The position numbers and the translations under genes were made by a program. DNA of 64,000 bases from the human T2T-CHM13v2.0 reference genome, Homo sapiens, in the NCBI RefSeq assembly GCF_009914755.1, contig NC_060926.1; one strand, given 5' to 3'. Positions 1 through 12,629 of this stretch are shown here, one piece after another. How positions within the stretch are numbered: the stretch's first letter is position 1; each line of letters starts with the position of its first letter. The notes under the pieces were generated by a model. The model worked only from the letters and a program-made list of their open reading frames with translations, searched no databases and had not been told where the DNA came from.

Positions 1-339
1 GTTATCACCATGGCTCCTTTGAAGTAGCCCAGTGATGCCAATTTCCTTGAAGAAGAAAGTGAAGAAAGAAAGGATGTGTGCATATTGCAGAAAGACTAGT
101 GATGAGGCCAAAATTGGGATTTAACTCTCTTCTCTTCAATCCTTGATTTATTGCCTATACTCTTTTACCATCCAAAAGAAAGACAGATAAATGGCAGACA
201 CATCACAGAGCTGCCACCTATTATTTAAATGGCAGATTTTCAGCTTCTTCTTTATTCCTGCTGAAGTTCTCATAGCAGAGATGTTAATGCAATACTCTGG
301 ACAAAAGAAGTGCAGTATCAAAGCTGGGGGCGTCCCACA

Positions 340-1550
340 GTCAACAAATACTGACTCAGCATCTGCCCTTAGCAAAATATTGTGAGGAATGTGAAGAATA
401 ATTAGACATGTATTCATGCTCAAGGAGCTACCATCTCATAGAATACATGTGGTCAGGTAACAAGCAGAAGGCAGTAATTCTCATGGCCCAGATAGAAGAC
501 TGTGGGAGTTTAGAGAGAGAGAGACCATTCCTGGCTGCAGTCATCAGGAAAGTCTTCATGGAGCAGATGGCATCAGAACAGGGCATTGAATGGAAAGCAC
601 TTTAATAAGTAGAACTGGAGGTGAAGAAGACAGAGGAGTGATCTAGGGCAACTCAAGCAGGATGGAGAATTTTTTTTTTTAAGTGTGGAGATGAAAGAAT
701 GGAAAGTGTGTTGGGAAATGAGACATTCAGGGTATATGCATAGAACCATGGGAGATAAAAATGAAAAGAAAAATTGTTATATCTGGTTCTTGACTGTCAA
801 GCAAGTGATACGGACTTTCTTAACTAGGCATGAAACTGTCATTAAAGATATTTTGAATAAAGAAAAGACATAATCAGATATAATCAGAGTTGTTTGAGAA
901 GATCACTCTGGCAGTGGTGTGAAAGATATATTAGAAGGCAGAAGAGGCTAGATGCTGGAAAATTATTGCAATAGAACAGACGAGAGCTAAATAAAGGTCT
1001 TGATTAGGGAGGCCGCCATGTGAAAGGCATGTGAAAAAAGAAGTGAGAGCAATTTCAAAGAAAATTCAATAGGATATAATGGCTTATTGGAGATATGGGA
1101 TTGAAGACATAGGAGACATCAGAGATGAGTTTGAGACTGAAATATAGTAATGCAAAATAGTGATGACTTTGGAAGAATCTGGAAAGTCAGGAGAATGGAC
1201 ACGTTTAACAGCAAAAATGATTAACCTAGTTTACAAATGTTAAGTTTCAAGAACCAGCAGGATACAGATACTAAGAAGGACATGAACGTAAGAATCATTC
1301 CCATGGAGAAAATAATTGAAGTCACAGAAATTTATACCATCACAAAGAAAGGGGAAGAATTCCTAAAGCTTAAGGAATGTCCATCATAATTAATGAATGG
1401 TAGAAGAACAGAAGCTAGCCAAGAACATCAAGAGCAAGAAGTGATTTGACCAAAGAAGAAACAGGAATCCAAATGCTGAAGTGAACAGAATTTAAGAGAG
1501 AGGAGAACTTCAAGGTGGGGTCACTAATATCAAGTAGTTTAAATTCCAAA
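340..1550 (-). mobile_element. L2 LINE remnant (ancient, degraded)
   Basis: Purine-rich antisense L2 motifs (gagaagatcactctggcagtggtgtgaaag; atgattaacctagtttacaaatgttaagtttc); boundaries approximate. Confidence 0.65.
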
Positions 1551-1563
1551 AATGTATTATCAA

Positions 1564-2197
1564 GGGGGAGCTGATTATAATGTTGACACAGTCTTGTACA
1601 ACATAATCCTAAATGATGAAATCCTGAAAGATCAAAATCCCTAAAGTCTAAAGTCCCAGAAATGTAATTTGGGAAAAAAAAATGTTAAAAGTTCTTTAAA
1701 AGACATTTCACACTTTAAAAGGGGGGTTTATTTGAGAAACATATCACAACAGAACATTTCATAGGCTACTTCACATAATAATATAGGCAATAATAACATA
1801 CATATTGTTGCAAGCAAATGCTCTCATATACTGACAACAGTTACACAGGTATAACAGTTATAAGCAAATGATATGCATAAAGAAATAGAATAAAAAAGGA
1901 AATGTATAAAAAGGGAAACATATAAACACATGGTAACTTGGTTAGTAATTGTGTGCACTCAGGTTTATAACTACAGTCATCTGAAATACTGTGATGACAA
2001 CTGTGATGAAGTCTTTCAACTAGATCAATCAAAAACTGTAATGGGTCACACTGCACAAGCAGTTGCCCAAGCAGCTAAGATCTCAAGAAATTATGCCTTT
2101 CACAAATCCAGATGTACAAAAAGGACATCTCTTCATTTATTAAGGAAGTTTCAATGTTTTTACACACACACAGTGCTTATACACAAAGGCCGCGTTG
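1564..2197. mobile_element. Ricksha (MULE-MuDR DNA transposon), one terminal fragment
   Basis: Starts ggggagctgattataat, followed by subterminal repeats cataatcctaaatgatgaaatcctgaaagatcaaaatccctaaagtctaaa; internal sequence cacaaatccagatgtacaaaaaggacatctcttcatttatt matches remembered Ricksha consensus. Confidence 0.8.
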
Positions 2198-2242
2198 CAT
2201 GCAGAGACCAAATTGCCAGGAGATAAAGAGTAATTCATAGTA

Positions 2243-2521
2243 GGCTGGGTGTGGTGGCTCACACCTGTAATCCCAGCACTTTGGGAAGCTGAGGTGGGAG
2301 GATAATTTGAGGTCAGGATTTCGAGACCAGCCTGGCCAACAAGGTGAAACCCCATCTCTACTAAAAATAAAAAAATTAGCCAGGCGTGGTGGCACATGCC
2401 TGTAATACCAGCTACTCAGGAGGCTGAGGTGGGAGAATCACTCCCGGGAGGCAGAGGTTGCAGTAAGCTGAGATCGTGCCACTGCACTCCAGCCTGGGCA
2501 ACAGCTGTCTCAAAAAGACAA
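2243..2521 (+). mobile_element. AluS (Sx/Sz-like)
   Basis: Dimeric Alu; TSD aaagagtaatt(ca/gg)tagta at 2225-2242 and 2522-2539. Confidence 0.95.
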
Positions 2522-2664
2522 AAAGAGTAATTGGTAGTAAATACAAATGTTTCAAGAAGTCTGAGGATAAAAGCCAGAAGCCAATATCAGAGGAGGAAAC
2601 AGAGTCAAAAGAAAGATGACATGTTTAGGTGTTTGGTGCGGTTTTCTTTTCAGAATAAATGGTT

Positions 2665-3300
2665 ATATTCCAATCAACATTTATTTAGTGCCTACATTGT
2701 GCTGGCTGGCAAGATCCAGAGATGATTAGAACTTGATCCTTACTCTCAAGCAGTATACAATTTAGAGGAGAAAACAGAAATGTAACTACATTGTTCAACC
2801 TGAAGCCAGGTAACCAGCAGGCTACGGAAGCACTGAACAAGAGCATTTATTAGCCTGGTGGCCTGGTCTGAGGAAAGGGGAGGTGATGGGGCTGAAGGGC
2901 CTCCTAAACAGATGATACCTGTTAACTCTGAAGGGAGAACTAGAAGCTGGGCTGGCATATTTAAACAAAGGCATAGGGAAGAAAAGTACCACACGTGTTT
3001 TCTGCAAAGATAAAGAATCTTACCGAGGGAAAACATTGATTAGAGAGAAAGTAAGCAATGGCAGCTTGTTTCTGAGTGAGGTGGGAAAGGATGAAATCAG
3101 ACAGGCCAGTAAAGGTATTAGCCGTTTTTAGGAGGATACAAGAGAGGAGACAAAAATTGAAGAAACAGGGCAGTAGTCAAGTAGCAAAGAAAATGGTTGA
3201 AGGAAAAAGGTGTTTTGCCTCTTTCCTTTTTATAAAATGGAAGGTCAACCATCTGCTCAGAGCAGAGTCAGGGCCAGGAAGGGCAGGGAAGCAATGATTA
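2665..3300 (-). mobile_element. L2 3' fragment(s)
   Basis: Antisense L2 tail attccaatcaacatttatttagtgcctac followed by purine-rich body; boundaries approximate. Confidence 0.55.
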
Positions 3301-3394
3301 CTAGATTAACAGTCTTTCATTCTTTGAAAATAGAAGCATTTATTTAAATCATAGTTAGTCTGGGGCTCCATCTCTTTCTAATGTATCCAGTGTG

Positions 3395-3652
3395 AGAGCC
3401 AGGAGGTGCAGAGCTTGGGCTCTGGAGACAGATTGCCTGTGACTGTCTTGTCTGTGTCACATATTAAGGATGTGATGCAAGTGGTTTTATGATGTAAATA
3501 AGCTCTCTGTGCCTGTGTCTGCTCATCTATAAATCAGACAAATAGTATCTAACTCCTAGGTTTGCTATAAGGAATAAGAGAATTCATACATGTAGAATGC
3601 TGCAAACAGTGCCCAGCACATAAGAGGTACTCAAAAAGCTTTAGCTCTTAGC
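3395..3652 (+). mobile_element. MIR SINE
   Basis: Core ctctgtgcctgtgtctgctcatctataaa and tail aacagtgcccagcacataagaggtactcaaaaa. Confidence 0.75.
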
Positions 3653-3662
3653 ATTACTAGAC

Positions 3663-3840
3663 CACTGCTGGCCATTAGAACTTTCTGAGATGATGGACAT
3701 TCTACTGTGTTGTCTAATACAGCAGTCACTAGTCACATGTGGCTATGGAGCACAGGAACTGTGGTTAGCGTAACTGAAATTTTCATTTTTATTCATTTAA
3801 ATTCAAAAAGCCATATACAGCTGGGCAGAAGACAGAGCAA
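3663..3840 (+). mobile_element. MER3 (hAT-Charlie MITE)
   Basis: tagaactttctgagatgatgga...cactagtcacatgtggctatggagcac matches MER3. Confidence 0.8.
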
Positions 3841-4152
3841 CCATTTTTTCTTTTAAGTTCCAGGATACAAGTGCAGGACGTGCAGGTTTGTTACAGAGGT
3901 AAACATGTGCCATGGTGGCTTGCTGCACCTATCAACCCATCACCTAGGTATTAAGCCCTGCATGAATTAGCTATTTATTGTAATACTCTTCCTCTCCCCC
4001 CAGCCCCTACAACAGGCCCCAGTGTGTATTTTTCCCCTCCCTGTGTCTATGCGTTCTCATTGTTCAGCTCCTGCTTATAAGTGAGAATGTGCGGTTTTGG
4101 TGTTCTGTCCCTGTATTAGTTTGCTGAGGATAATGGCTTCCAGCTTCTTCTT

Positions 4153-4703
4153 TGCAGAAAGTAAAAGTTCCTTTTTACTGTTTCTCTTCTTGTTAAAGAA
4201 TAAGTCATAAGTGTTAGAAATAATAGTTTCTTTTAAAGACTAACTTTATGCTAGACATGCTCACAGGCACATAGTACATTCTATGACCTTGTACTTTAAC
4301 CAAGATATCTGTGCTAGACGTGCTCACAAGCATGTCCCAGCTCGCAGCCTATGCCCCTTCCTTATTTGGGAATGTTATTACTTTTCTAAGTCTTTTCATA
4401 AGAAACTTCCTCCTTTCCTTTGTTCTTCTCTGCCATTATCTCTTTAGGAAAAGTTTTAAACCTTTAGCCAATCGGGAGCAGCCTAGACTGTGAGGTCCAA
4501 TTCCAGCCAATGGAATCAGGACACAGCAGTAGGGTACGGATGTGTCAGATATAAATATTTTTATCCCCTTTGTTCAGTGTGCTCTCGTGGCAAGACTGCT
4601 GGCAAGCAGCACCCTTTCTGCAGAAAGTAAAGGTTGCCTTGCTGAGAGATCCTTTGTCTCCATGCTGACTTTTCTTGGTGACACCGATTATCTGCTTCTA
4701 ACA
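4153..4703 (+). mobile_element. Solo LTR10-family (ERV1/HERV-I group; LTR10B/E-like)
   Basis: TG...ttctaaCA ends; two CCAAT boxes (agccaatcgg, agccaatgg), ggacacagcagtaggg, tataaat, and cagaaagtaaaggttgccttgctgaga; the L1 sequence resumes after it. Confidence 0.8.
4316..4337. promoter_or_regulatory. p53 response-element-like site inside LTR10
   Basis: AGACGTGCTC-ac-AAGCATGTCC against RRRCWWGYYY x2 (one core mismatch); another perfect half-site AGACATGCTC at 4253-4262. Confidence 0.45.
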
Positions 4704-5963
4704 TCCATGTTTCTGCAAAAGACATGATCTCATTCCTTTTTGTGGCTGCATAGTATTCCATGGTGAATAAGTAACACATTTTCTTTATCCAGTCTATCAC
4801 TGATGGGCATTTGGGTTGATTCCATGTCTTTGCTATTGTGAATAGTACTGCAATGAACATATGTGTCCATGTTTCTTTATAATAGAATGATTTATATTCC
4901 TTTGGGTATATACCCAATAATGGGATTGCTGGGTCAAATGGTATTTCTGGTTCTAGATCCTTGAGGAATCGCCACACTGTCTTTCACAATGGTTGAACTA
5001 ATTTAAACTCCCACCAACAGTGTGAAAGCATTCCTATTACTTCACAGTCTCACCAGCATCTGTTTCTTGACTTTTAAATAATTTCCGTTCTACTGGCATG
5101 AGATGGTATCTCACTATAGTTTTGATTTGCATTTCTCTAATGATCAGTGATGTTGAGCTCTTTTCATATGTTTGTCAGAGCAACCACTTTAAACAGGGTT
5201 TTATTGGTATACAAAAAGGCACATAGTCCTATCCCCCAAAGACCCTGGTCCTGAAGTGCTGTAGAATAGGCCCAACCAATTAAAGATAGAGCTATAGCTC
5301 TTAGGACACAGCTTTATTTTGTTGGTGTTGATGATCAAAGATAACATGGAGAAAAAATGTGATCACAACTCCTGTACCTCCAGAGGAGGTTTCAGTAGCT
5401 GGTAGGATATTTGTTAGATACACAAGAAGCAAGTGGCATCTCCCCAAGAGAATAGAATGGAGATTCGACCAACTTTCTGCTGAAGTGGGCCAGTTGAGAG
5501 CCATTAGGAAGGATGGCTGGAGTTCTAAGTGAAACAAGGAGCTGCTACCCAAATGTTTACTTGAACCCTGTTAATGTCTGATGACAATGGAGTAATTTCA
5601 CAACAGAGACACTGAAACAGCCAATATCACAGTCTGTGCAACAATATGAAATTCAGATGGTCTAGAGTATTGCTAAAACACAAAGGGAGAGGGGAGAAAG
5701 GTTATCCATGAATAATACATTTCCTGTTGTGGAAGCAGGAGGAGAAGAAACAAATGGATCATTAATGGGCTTAACACAATTAGGCTTCACAGTGGGGCGG
5801 GGGCCAGCAGAAGCTCTTGCCAGCAATGCCACCAGCAGAGGAGGCTGCTGTGAAGTAGAGGAGGAGGGCAAGAGTTGGTGGTAACATTATTTTGGAGTTG
5901 CTGCTTTTTCTTCCCAGTATCCAAAGCCTCTTCTTGAATTGAAGATTAGTTGTGTTATCTCTA

Positions 5964-6274
<311 letters not shown>

Positions 6275-6689
6275 TGTTATCTCTGTTTCTAGAGCAAAAT
6301 AGCCCAGTGGTAAAAAGAGCATTTCCTTGAGAATATATGAAAAGGTATTATCACATTTGAAAAGCGTAATTAATATGATAATGTGGAGAAATTAAGGATA
6401 AAGCAACCTAAAAAAAACAGGAAGTAATTAAGTGAAGAATACAACATTATTGAACATTGCCAAGAAAACAGACATACAAAAGTTGCAAGTTGTAGCTTGC
6501 TTTATGCAATAATGCACTTTGCTGTAAAGTAGCATACCTTGATCTTTTCAAAATCAGACATTTGAAACTTACTAATAGATTTCACTATTTAGAGGCATTC
6601 TGTGTGTATATATGAAAAAAGGTCCTTTATGGTATAAATAATCTATCTAATCATGATCCCATTGCAGGAATTTCTCTTTCTGTTCCATG

Positions 6690-6906
6690 GAGTAGTTGCA
6701 GACTTTGCAGTCCAGCAGACCTAGGTTCAAGCCAAGCTCTGCTTCATATTGATTATGTGACTTTGGGGGAGTTACTTTACCTTGATGAGCCTCAATTTCC
6801 ATAACAGTAAAATGGCAACAATATATACAGAATGTCATAGAATTCTATGCCTATAGAAAATACTTAAGAGTGCCTAGATCATAGTAAAGGCTTAAAAAAT
6901 GTTACT
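6690..6906 (+). mobile_element. MIR SINE
   Basis: agacctaggttcaagcc...gagcctcaatttcc...gtaaaatgg...agtgcctagatcatagtaa. Confidence 0.75.
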
Positions 6907-8100
6907 GACTCCTTCAGGAAGGGGTCAGGGTGTGCATTCTCCTAAGAGGAATCAGATTCCACAGACGTTCAACATGCCAAGGGCAGACTTGACTCTGGTT
7001 TAGACACAGAAACCAAGAACACTTAGCTCTAGGAATCCTTCTCCCAGGGAACAACACTTATCTTGGTGGCTCTTTTAGGTATTAAGGATAAATCAGAGAA
7101 CACTTGGGTGACCAGGAATAAAGAAGCAGCTACTACATCAGTCTCCAGATAAAACCCTAACTCCAAGGAATTTTCCATGAGGCTATTATGACCTGGGCTC
7201 CAGCTGGCACTGAACTGTGACCCACCCTGACTCCATCTACCATCCCAACCTCCAGCACCAGGCTACTGCCACAGGCCTTGCATCCTCACCTGGTCAGCTA
7301 AGCTTATTGTTCCCATCTAGAACAAGGAATGCTGCCTAGTCCATCAGATGTGAGGGTTTGATTTTCAAATATCATCTTTCTTAACATTGAACAACATGTG
7401 TTTGTACTATAGCAAAAGAAATATGAGTGTGTTCTGGAAAAGCAAACTGCTAGCCTCATCTGAGGCAGGCAATGGGGACAGACATAGTCAGTGTTGGCAA
7501 TGAGTGGCACAGGGGTTTGGCATAGGTCAGAGAAGGTTGGACACAGCGTGGAACAAGAAGTTGCCTTGTAGTCAAGCCAAGTTAGAATGGCCTGACACCA
7601 GAGCAGACAGAGGCCAGGGATCAGGCACTGGTTCATCAAGGAGGGAGAGCTCCAGGCAGAGACAGTCCTGTTTGTGTTCTAGATTTTTATTAGTGAAATT
7701 GACCTAGAAGCTTGTAACTTCTAGACTTCTAACTTCAGAGCTTTATAATTCCAGCATTACCTCAGACTCCTCTTGGAGGAGAATCTCTAGATTCTAGAGA
7801 AACCATAGTCTTTGTATGCCAGCTGTAGAACTCATGAAATTGGAAAGCATCCTTACGCCCCTATGAATATCTGGTTCCATTTAGTAGGAAGAACAATTGT
7901 CTAGCCTGACTGATGCCCCCAGAGAAACACTGTATCTTCATGAAATCATAACCTCATTATCCTTAGAAAATTTAAGAGAATTCAAATTTTCCCCTTCTAT
8001 TCTTTTCCCCTTTCTCCTCTTCTAAGGCAGGAAGTTAGCATCAGGCTAAAATCCTAAAATATTTAGAGAATAGGCTATTAGAAGGGTGCTGCAAACTGGA

Positions 8101-8206
8101 TTATTGATGCAAACACATGGTCAGGATAAATACGGGGAATGTTTGAAAAAGATACAGGTCTTGAACATACAAGACCTCTGTAACTCAGCCCTCAACACGT
8201 ATCTGT
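8101..8206 (+). repeat. 106-bp local duplication, copy 1 (hairpin-forming)
   Basis: Differs from 9798-9903 at 5 of 106 positions, no gaps. Confidence 0.95.
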
Positions 8207-9166
8207 GGCCATGACACACATGCCTCAATGGCATGTTCAGATTTTAGGATCTGGCCTTGACAAATAAGCACAATGTCAGTGGTGTGGATGCAGGGGAGAA
8301 ATTCTACTGTCCACTCTCTTGATCCTTGAGGATAAAACGTAGTGTTCTCATGAGTTTCACTAAGGACAGCTCTATTGTAGTAAAGTAAATCATGTCACTT
8401 TCAGGCCTTGGAATTCACTTAGAGACAAAAATATATATTTACAATCATCTAGGAACTGTATCCCATTTCTACTCAGTGCTTCAGTACTCTTCATAAGCAT
8501 CCACAGAAGTCCCTATCTCCTGCACAAAACCAACGAACAACAATTACACTAAACATTCTAAGCCTCCTCTCACTCTCCACTTTTATCTAAAAAACTAACA
8601 AGAATTTAAGTCCTATGTTGACCCAACAATGAGTTATATGATGGGGCAGAACACACTCGTATCTCCTTTTCTTGAAATCCTTGTGGAAAATGCATATAAT
8701 GTCACAGATGGCTTAACAACCTCATAAACAAGACCTGAGAATTTCTAAAACTCTTTAGTTCCTTGTAAGAAAGCCCACATTCCTGTGAAATACAAATAGC
8801 TACACAGACATGCCCTGAACCAAAACTTTATTTCCATTTCAAGGAAACTGACACAAAATATCACTCTGAAATGTAGACCTAAGAAAAATTGCAACCCAGA
8901 TGTTCCATTTTCCTCTCAGCTGTGAATGCCTGAAGCAGGTCTTGCTAATCCTGAGTGCAGGTGAGAGCCGAATTATAATAATGGAAAACACCTGTTGACT
9001 CAAACCTCCTCTACTCTAACTTTGACACACTGGCCCCAGGTGGGCCTTTATCACAAAGCACTGGCTCTTCTTCTTTGCTAATAGAAGAGCATCATGAACA
9101 GATATGGTCAGAGTAATCTCCAAGAAAGGATTACAATTAAAGCCTCTGGACTATTCCAAGGGTGTC

Positions 9167-9721
9167 TGTAATAGTTAATATTGAGTGTCAACTTGATTGG
9201 ATTGAAGGATGCAAAGTATTGTTCCTCATTGTGTCTGTGAGGGTATTGCAAAGGAGATTAACATTTGAGTCAGTGGACTAGAAGGAGACCCACCTTCATT
9301 CTGGGAGGGCATCATCTAATCAGCTGCCAGAGCAGCCAGAATAAAGCAGACCAGAGAACATGGAAGGACCAGATTTGCTGTGTCTTCCGGCCTTCATCTT
9401 TCTCCCATGCTGGATGCTTCCTGCCCTCAGTCATCAGACTCCAAGTTCTTCAGCTTTTGGACTCTTGGACTTGGACCAGTGTTTGCCAGGGGCTCTTGGA
9501 CCTTTGGCCACAGACTGAAGGCTGCACTGTCAGCTTCCCTACTTTTAAGGTTTTGGGATTTGGATTGATCAACCACTGGCTTCCTTGCTCCTCAACTTGC
9601 AGATGGCCTATTGTGTGACTTTACCTTGTGATCGTGTGAGTCAATTCTCCTTAATAAACTCCCTCTCATATATACATCTATCTTATTAGTTCTGTCCCTC
9701 TAGAGAACCCTCACTAATACA
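9167..9721 (+). mobile_element. MLT2A (MLT2A1/A2) solo LTR, ERVL
   Basis: tgtaatagttaatattgagtgtcaacttgattggattgaaggatgc...ctctagagaaccctcactaataca; aataaa near 9653; 5-bp TSD gtgtc/atgtc. Confidence 0.92.
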
Positions 9722-9797
9722 ATGTCTCTCTGATATTCCACCATCTCTGTTCCCTGATAAATTCTCCTTTCCACTTCTTGCAAAGCTTATCTCTGGC

Positions 9798-9903
9798 TTA
9801 TTGATGCAAGCCGATGGTCAGGATAAATACGGGGAATGTTTGAAAAAGACACAGATCTTGAACATACAAGACCTCTGTAACTCAGCCCTCAACACGTATC
9901 TGT
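9798..9903 (+). repeat. 106-bp local duplication, copy 2
   Basis: Direct repeat of 8101-8206, offset 1697 bp. Confidence 0.95.
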
Positions 9904-10465
9904 TTTTCTCTTATTTTATCTAGGAATTAAAGTGAAACTTGTGGGGAAGAGGAAGCTACGGCTCATATTTCAAGGACTTGCAGCTGGAAGAAGACATCCA
10001 CTGTTTTCCACCCTTTTCCCCAGCAGAAACCATCTCTATCCACCTCCCAGACCCTATTTATTGTATTTATTATCTGTGATGCACTTCACACACTATATGT
10101 AGTAGAGTTCCCTAAGATTCCCTTTAATTCATTGTTTCAATAACACATTTATTGAGCACTTATTATGACAAATCAATATATTAAAATGTTTCTCTTCACA
10201 TGTGGTTTTGTGGAACACACACAAAATATGAAAGACCTGTTATCTGAATATTCTCATCTCTGGGCCATAAGAACTCAAACAGCCAAAAGAGCAATCAACG
10301 ATTCCTTGTTCACTACTCACTTGCAAAATCTGTTTTAGAAATGAAACAGGATAATCTATCCAGCTGATAATCTAAAGTGAGTTATGTACCTTTTAGCAAA
10401 GTCTGGCCCAATGTCCCCCTTCTTATATTTCTTGGCTTTGGTTGGTTTTGTTTGTTTCTTGTGGG

Positions 10466-10487
10466 TTTTTTTTTTTTTTTTTTTTTT
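10466..10487. repeat. poly-T tract (22 nt)
   Basis: Direct reading. Confidence 0.9.
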
Positions 10488-10517
10488 GCCATTTTCTTTT
10501 CTCCTTTAAAATAACAG

Positions 10518-10573
10518 ACATGGTAATTCATTTGTGATGCACTGAGAATCTTAATCTGGCACCAGCATTACTG
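10518..10573 (+). other. Candidate exon-like unit (56 nt)
   Basis: Long polypyrimidine tract then ataacAG acceptor; donor CTG|GTAAGT. Confidence 0.25.
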
Positions 10574-12629
10574 GTAAGTTGCTTCCTTTCAGCATGAGAT
10601 AGGACAGCTTACACTTGCTACAATGTATAAGACAGCCATTTTCATGCTTATACACAATAACAAGCTAAAGCTCACATTTTTTAACGTAACATCTGTGTTG
10701 CTTTCTCAGAAAAACAAGTAAAAACATGATGGTTTATTTTGGATGTGGAGGAGAAAGAATTCCAACAAACCACCATAGCAAAACACCCCAGTTAGCTTAA
10801 ATGTTTTGGAGGATTTGGGGTGGGGAGAGGGGAGTACAGAAGAGAAATAATTACCTGTTTATTATCTCAGAGTCAAATTATAACAATTCACTAACTGAAT
10901 CCAAGAATCACTGAATTCTAATTGACCTAGGATGCTGGGCAATGAAAAAAGGCTGGGACTGCTAAATTCAATGTTATGAGAGTATATCGTAATTTGTCAT
11001 ATTGTCCTTTTTCTTCCTTAATTTTCTAATAAGAACCCCTCTAGTTGAGCAATTTCTTTAGGGCCACTTAATGTTCTCATATAGGGGGCTTGGCTGTTGC
11101 AGAGTTTCTTGGTCAATGGGAGACTGATTGTACAAGCCAGCCCCAGAAGTCTGGACCTCCCTTGCTCTGCACTCATTTGCCATGTGGTGTTACACAAGCG
11201 AAAGAGCAGCCAAGTCTCTCATTTAGAGCTAACTTTCATAGCCAAACAAAAGACAAATCTCCTATTAATCAAGAGCTGCACAGTCTTTGAGTTGAAGATG
11301 GTAACAGCTGTGCCAATACAAAGGAAAATATTTTCTGCATTATCTGCTTAATGTAAAGGCTGTGTAACATCTGTGCACAGGGCCGATTGCTAGAGTGCAC
11401 TGCATTTTTAGCAAGGCAGCCAGAACTTCCAACAGGAATATGCCATTCAACCGGCAAATGCAGCAGAGCTCTTACATCATCTCGAATTTTCCCAAGAAGC
11501 TGACATTTTCAAATATGTAAGAGGCGCACCTTCAGCCCTTTCTACTTGTCACTTTTGATGTTTTGATTCTGGCTGCAAAAATCACAATTGCTATGATCTC
11601 CCTTCACTTTGGCTTGCCTGTTCTCAGCATTACTAGCTTTAAGGCTGCCAGACAGAAAGCTGTTGACTTTCCCTCTGAGACAGACAATGGCTTAACATGT
11701 AATCACTGGCCCCTCTTCTTCCCAACTCGATGTTTATTGCTAGCCTGTTGGCACACCCCCCAGACTGACTGTACCGGTTCTTAGTCTGAAAAGCATTCAT
11801 CAGTCTTCACATTTCCAAGAGAAATGCCCCCTCTTGTGGTGTTTGCTGAATACTGCAGTCCTCGCTTCCAGCAAGAGAGCTGTGACACCCCACTTCCCAC
11901 ATAGACATGTGAGGAGACTAGGAACTCCAGTCCACCCAGTATTGAAAATTTTTAGCTTTTTGCTGTGACAGCTGAATCCTCTCTAACTGCATCAGGCTTT
12001 CAGATATAGATTGAACCGTATGAAAGTGCCAAAAGTCAACCATTTTTGACCAATAAAGCAGCAATTTCATATAGTTCAATGTAAGCTAGGGAGGGAACTT
12101 CTTAGCTGAGCCCTGTGAATGGCAGCCAAGAGTGGAAATCTTTTCTACTCTAGTAACTACATTGAGGCACAATAAGGTAGAAAGGCAGTTCAGTATATTA
12201 TCTCTATAATAAATAAACGTTTTTCAAGCCCTATATGCTAGACACTTTGCCAAGTTATGAACATAACCTTGTTAAGTTTCTTGTTCAATTGGCAGTTGAT
12301 CATAAGGGCAAACTTAGAAATTTGGACGTCCTAGATTTGTCATTTGTTTATTAGGGACCATTGGTAAAATAAATGGCAAAATTATTTCTACCCCAGCACA
12401 AGCAGCTAGTTCTCTGAACAGTTTACTGGTCTCAATGCAAATAAATGTAAAATGGGGTGCTGTAGTTCCATCTGTAGATGTAATTATTTTGTAAGTATCC
12501 TATTTGTTTTTAATATGAGACAATAAATAGTGTGATTATGTCAAGTAATCTTTTTCAGCAATGTCAATTCATCATGCTAGCAAATTCTAAAAATAAAATT
12601 TTAATTATGTAATATTTAATATCACTGAT

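Larger units (their letters stand above)
3844..5175 (-). mobile_element. 5'-truncated L1PA (about L1PA10-like) 3' end, interrupted by a solo LTR
   Basis: L1 3'UTR and ORF2 C-terminus (ORF 4561-4977: [11 protein letters not shown]...[10 protein letters not shown]); TSD cagagcaacca(t/c)ttt at 3833-3847 and 5176-5190. Confidence 0.93.

Noticed and set aside
8101-9903. The 106-bp direct repeats as LTRs or a giant TSD of a 1.7-kb element
   Set aside because: No TG...CA ends, primer-binding site or coding remnant; the MLT2A inside has its own 5-bp TSD.
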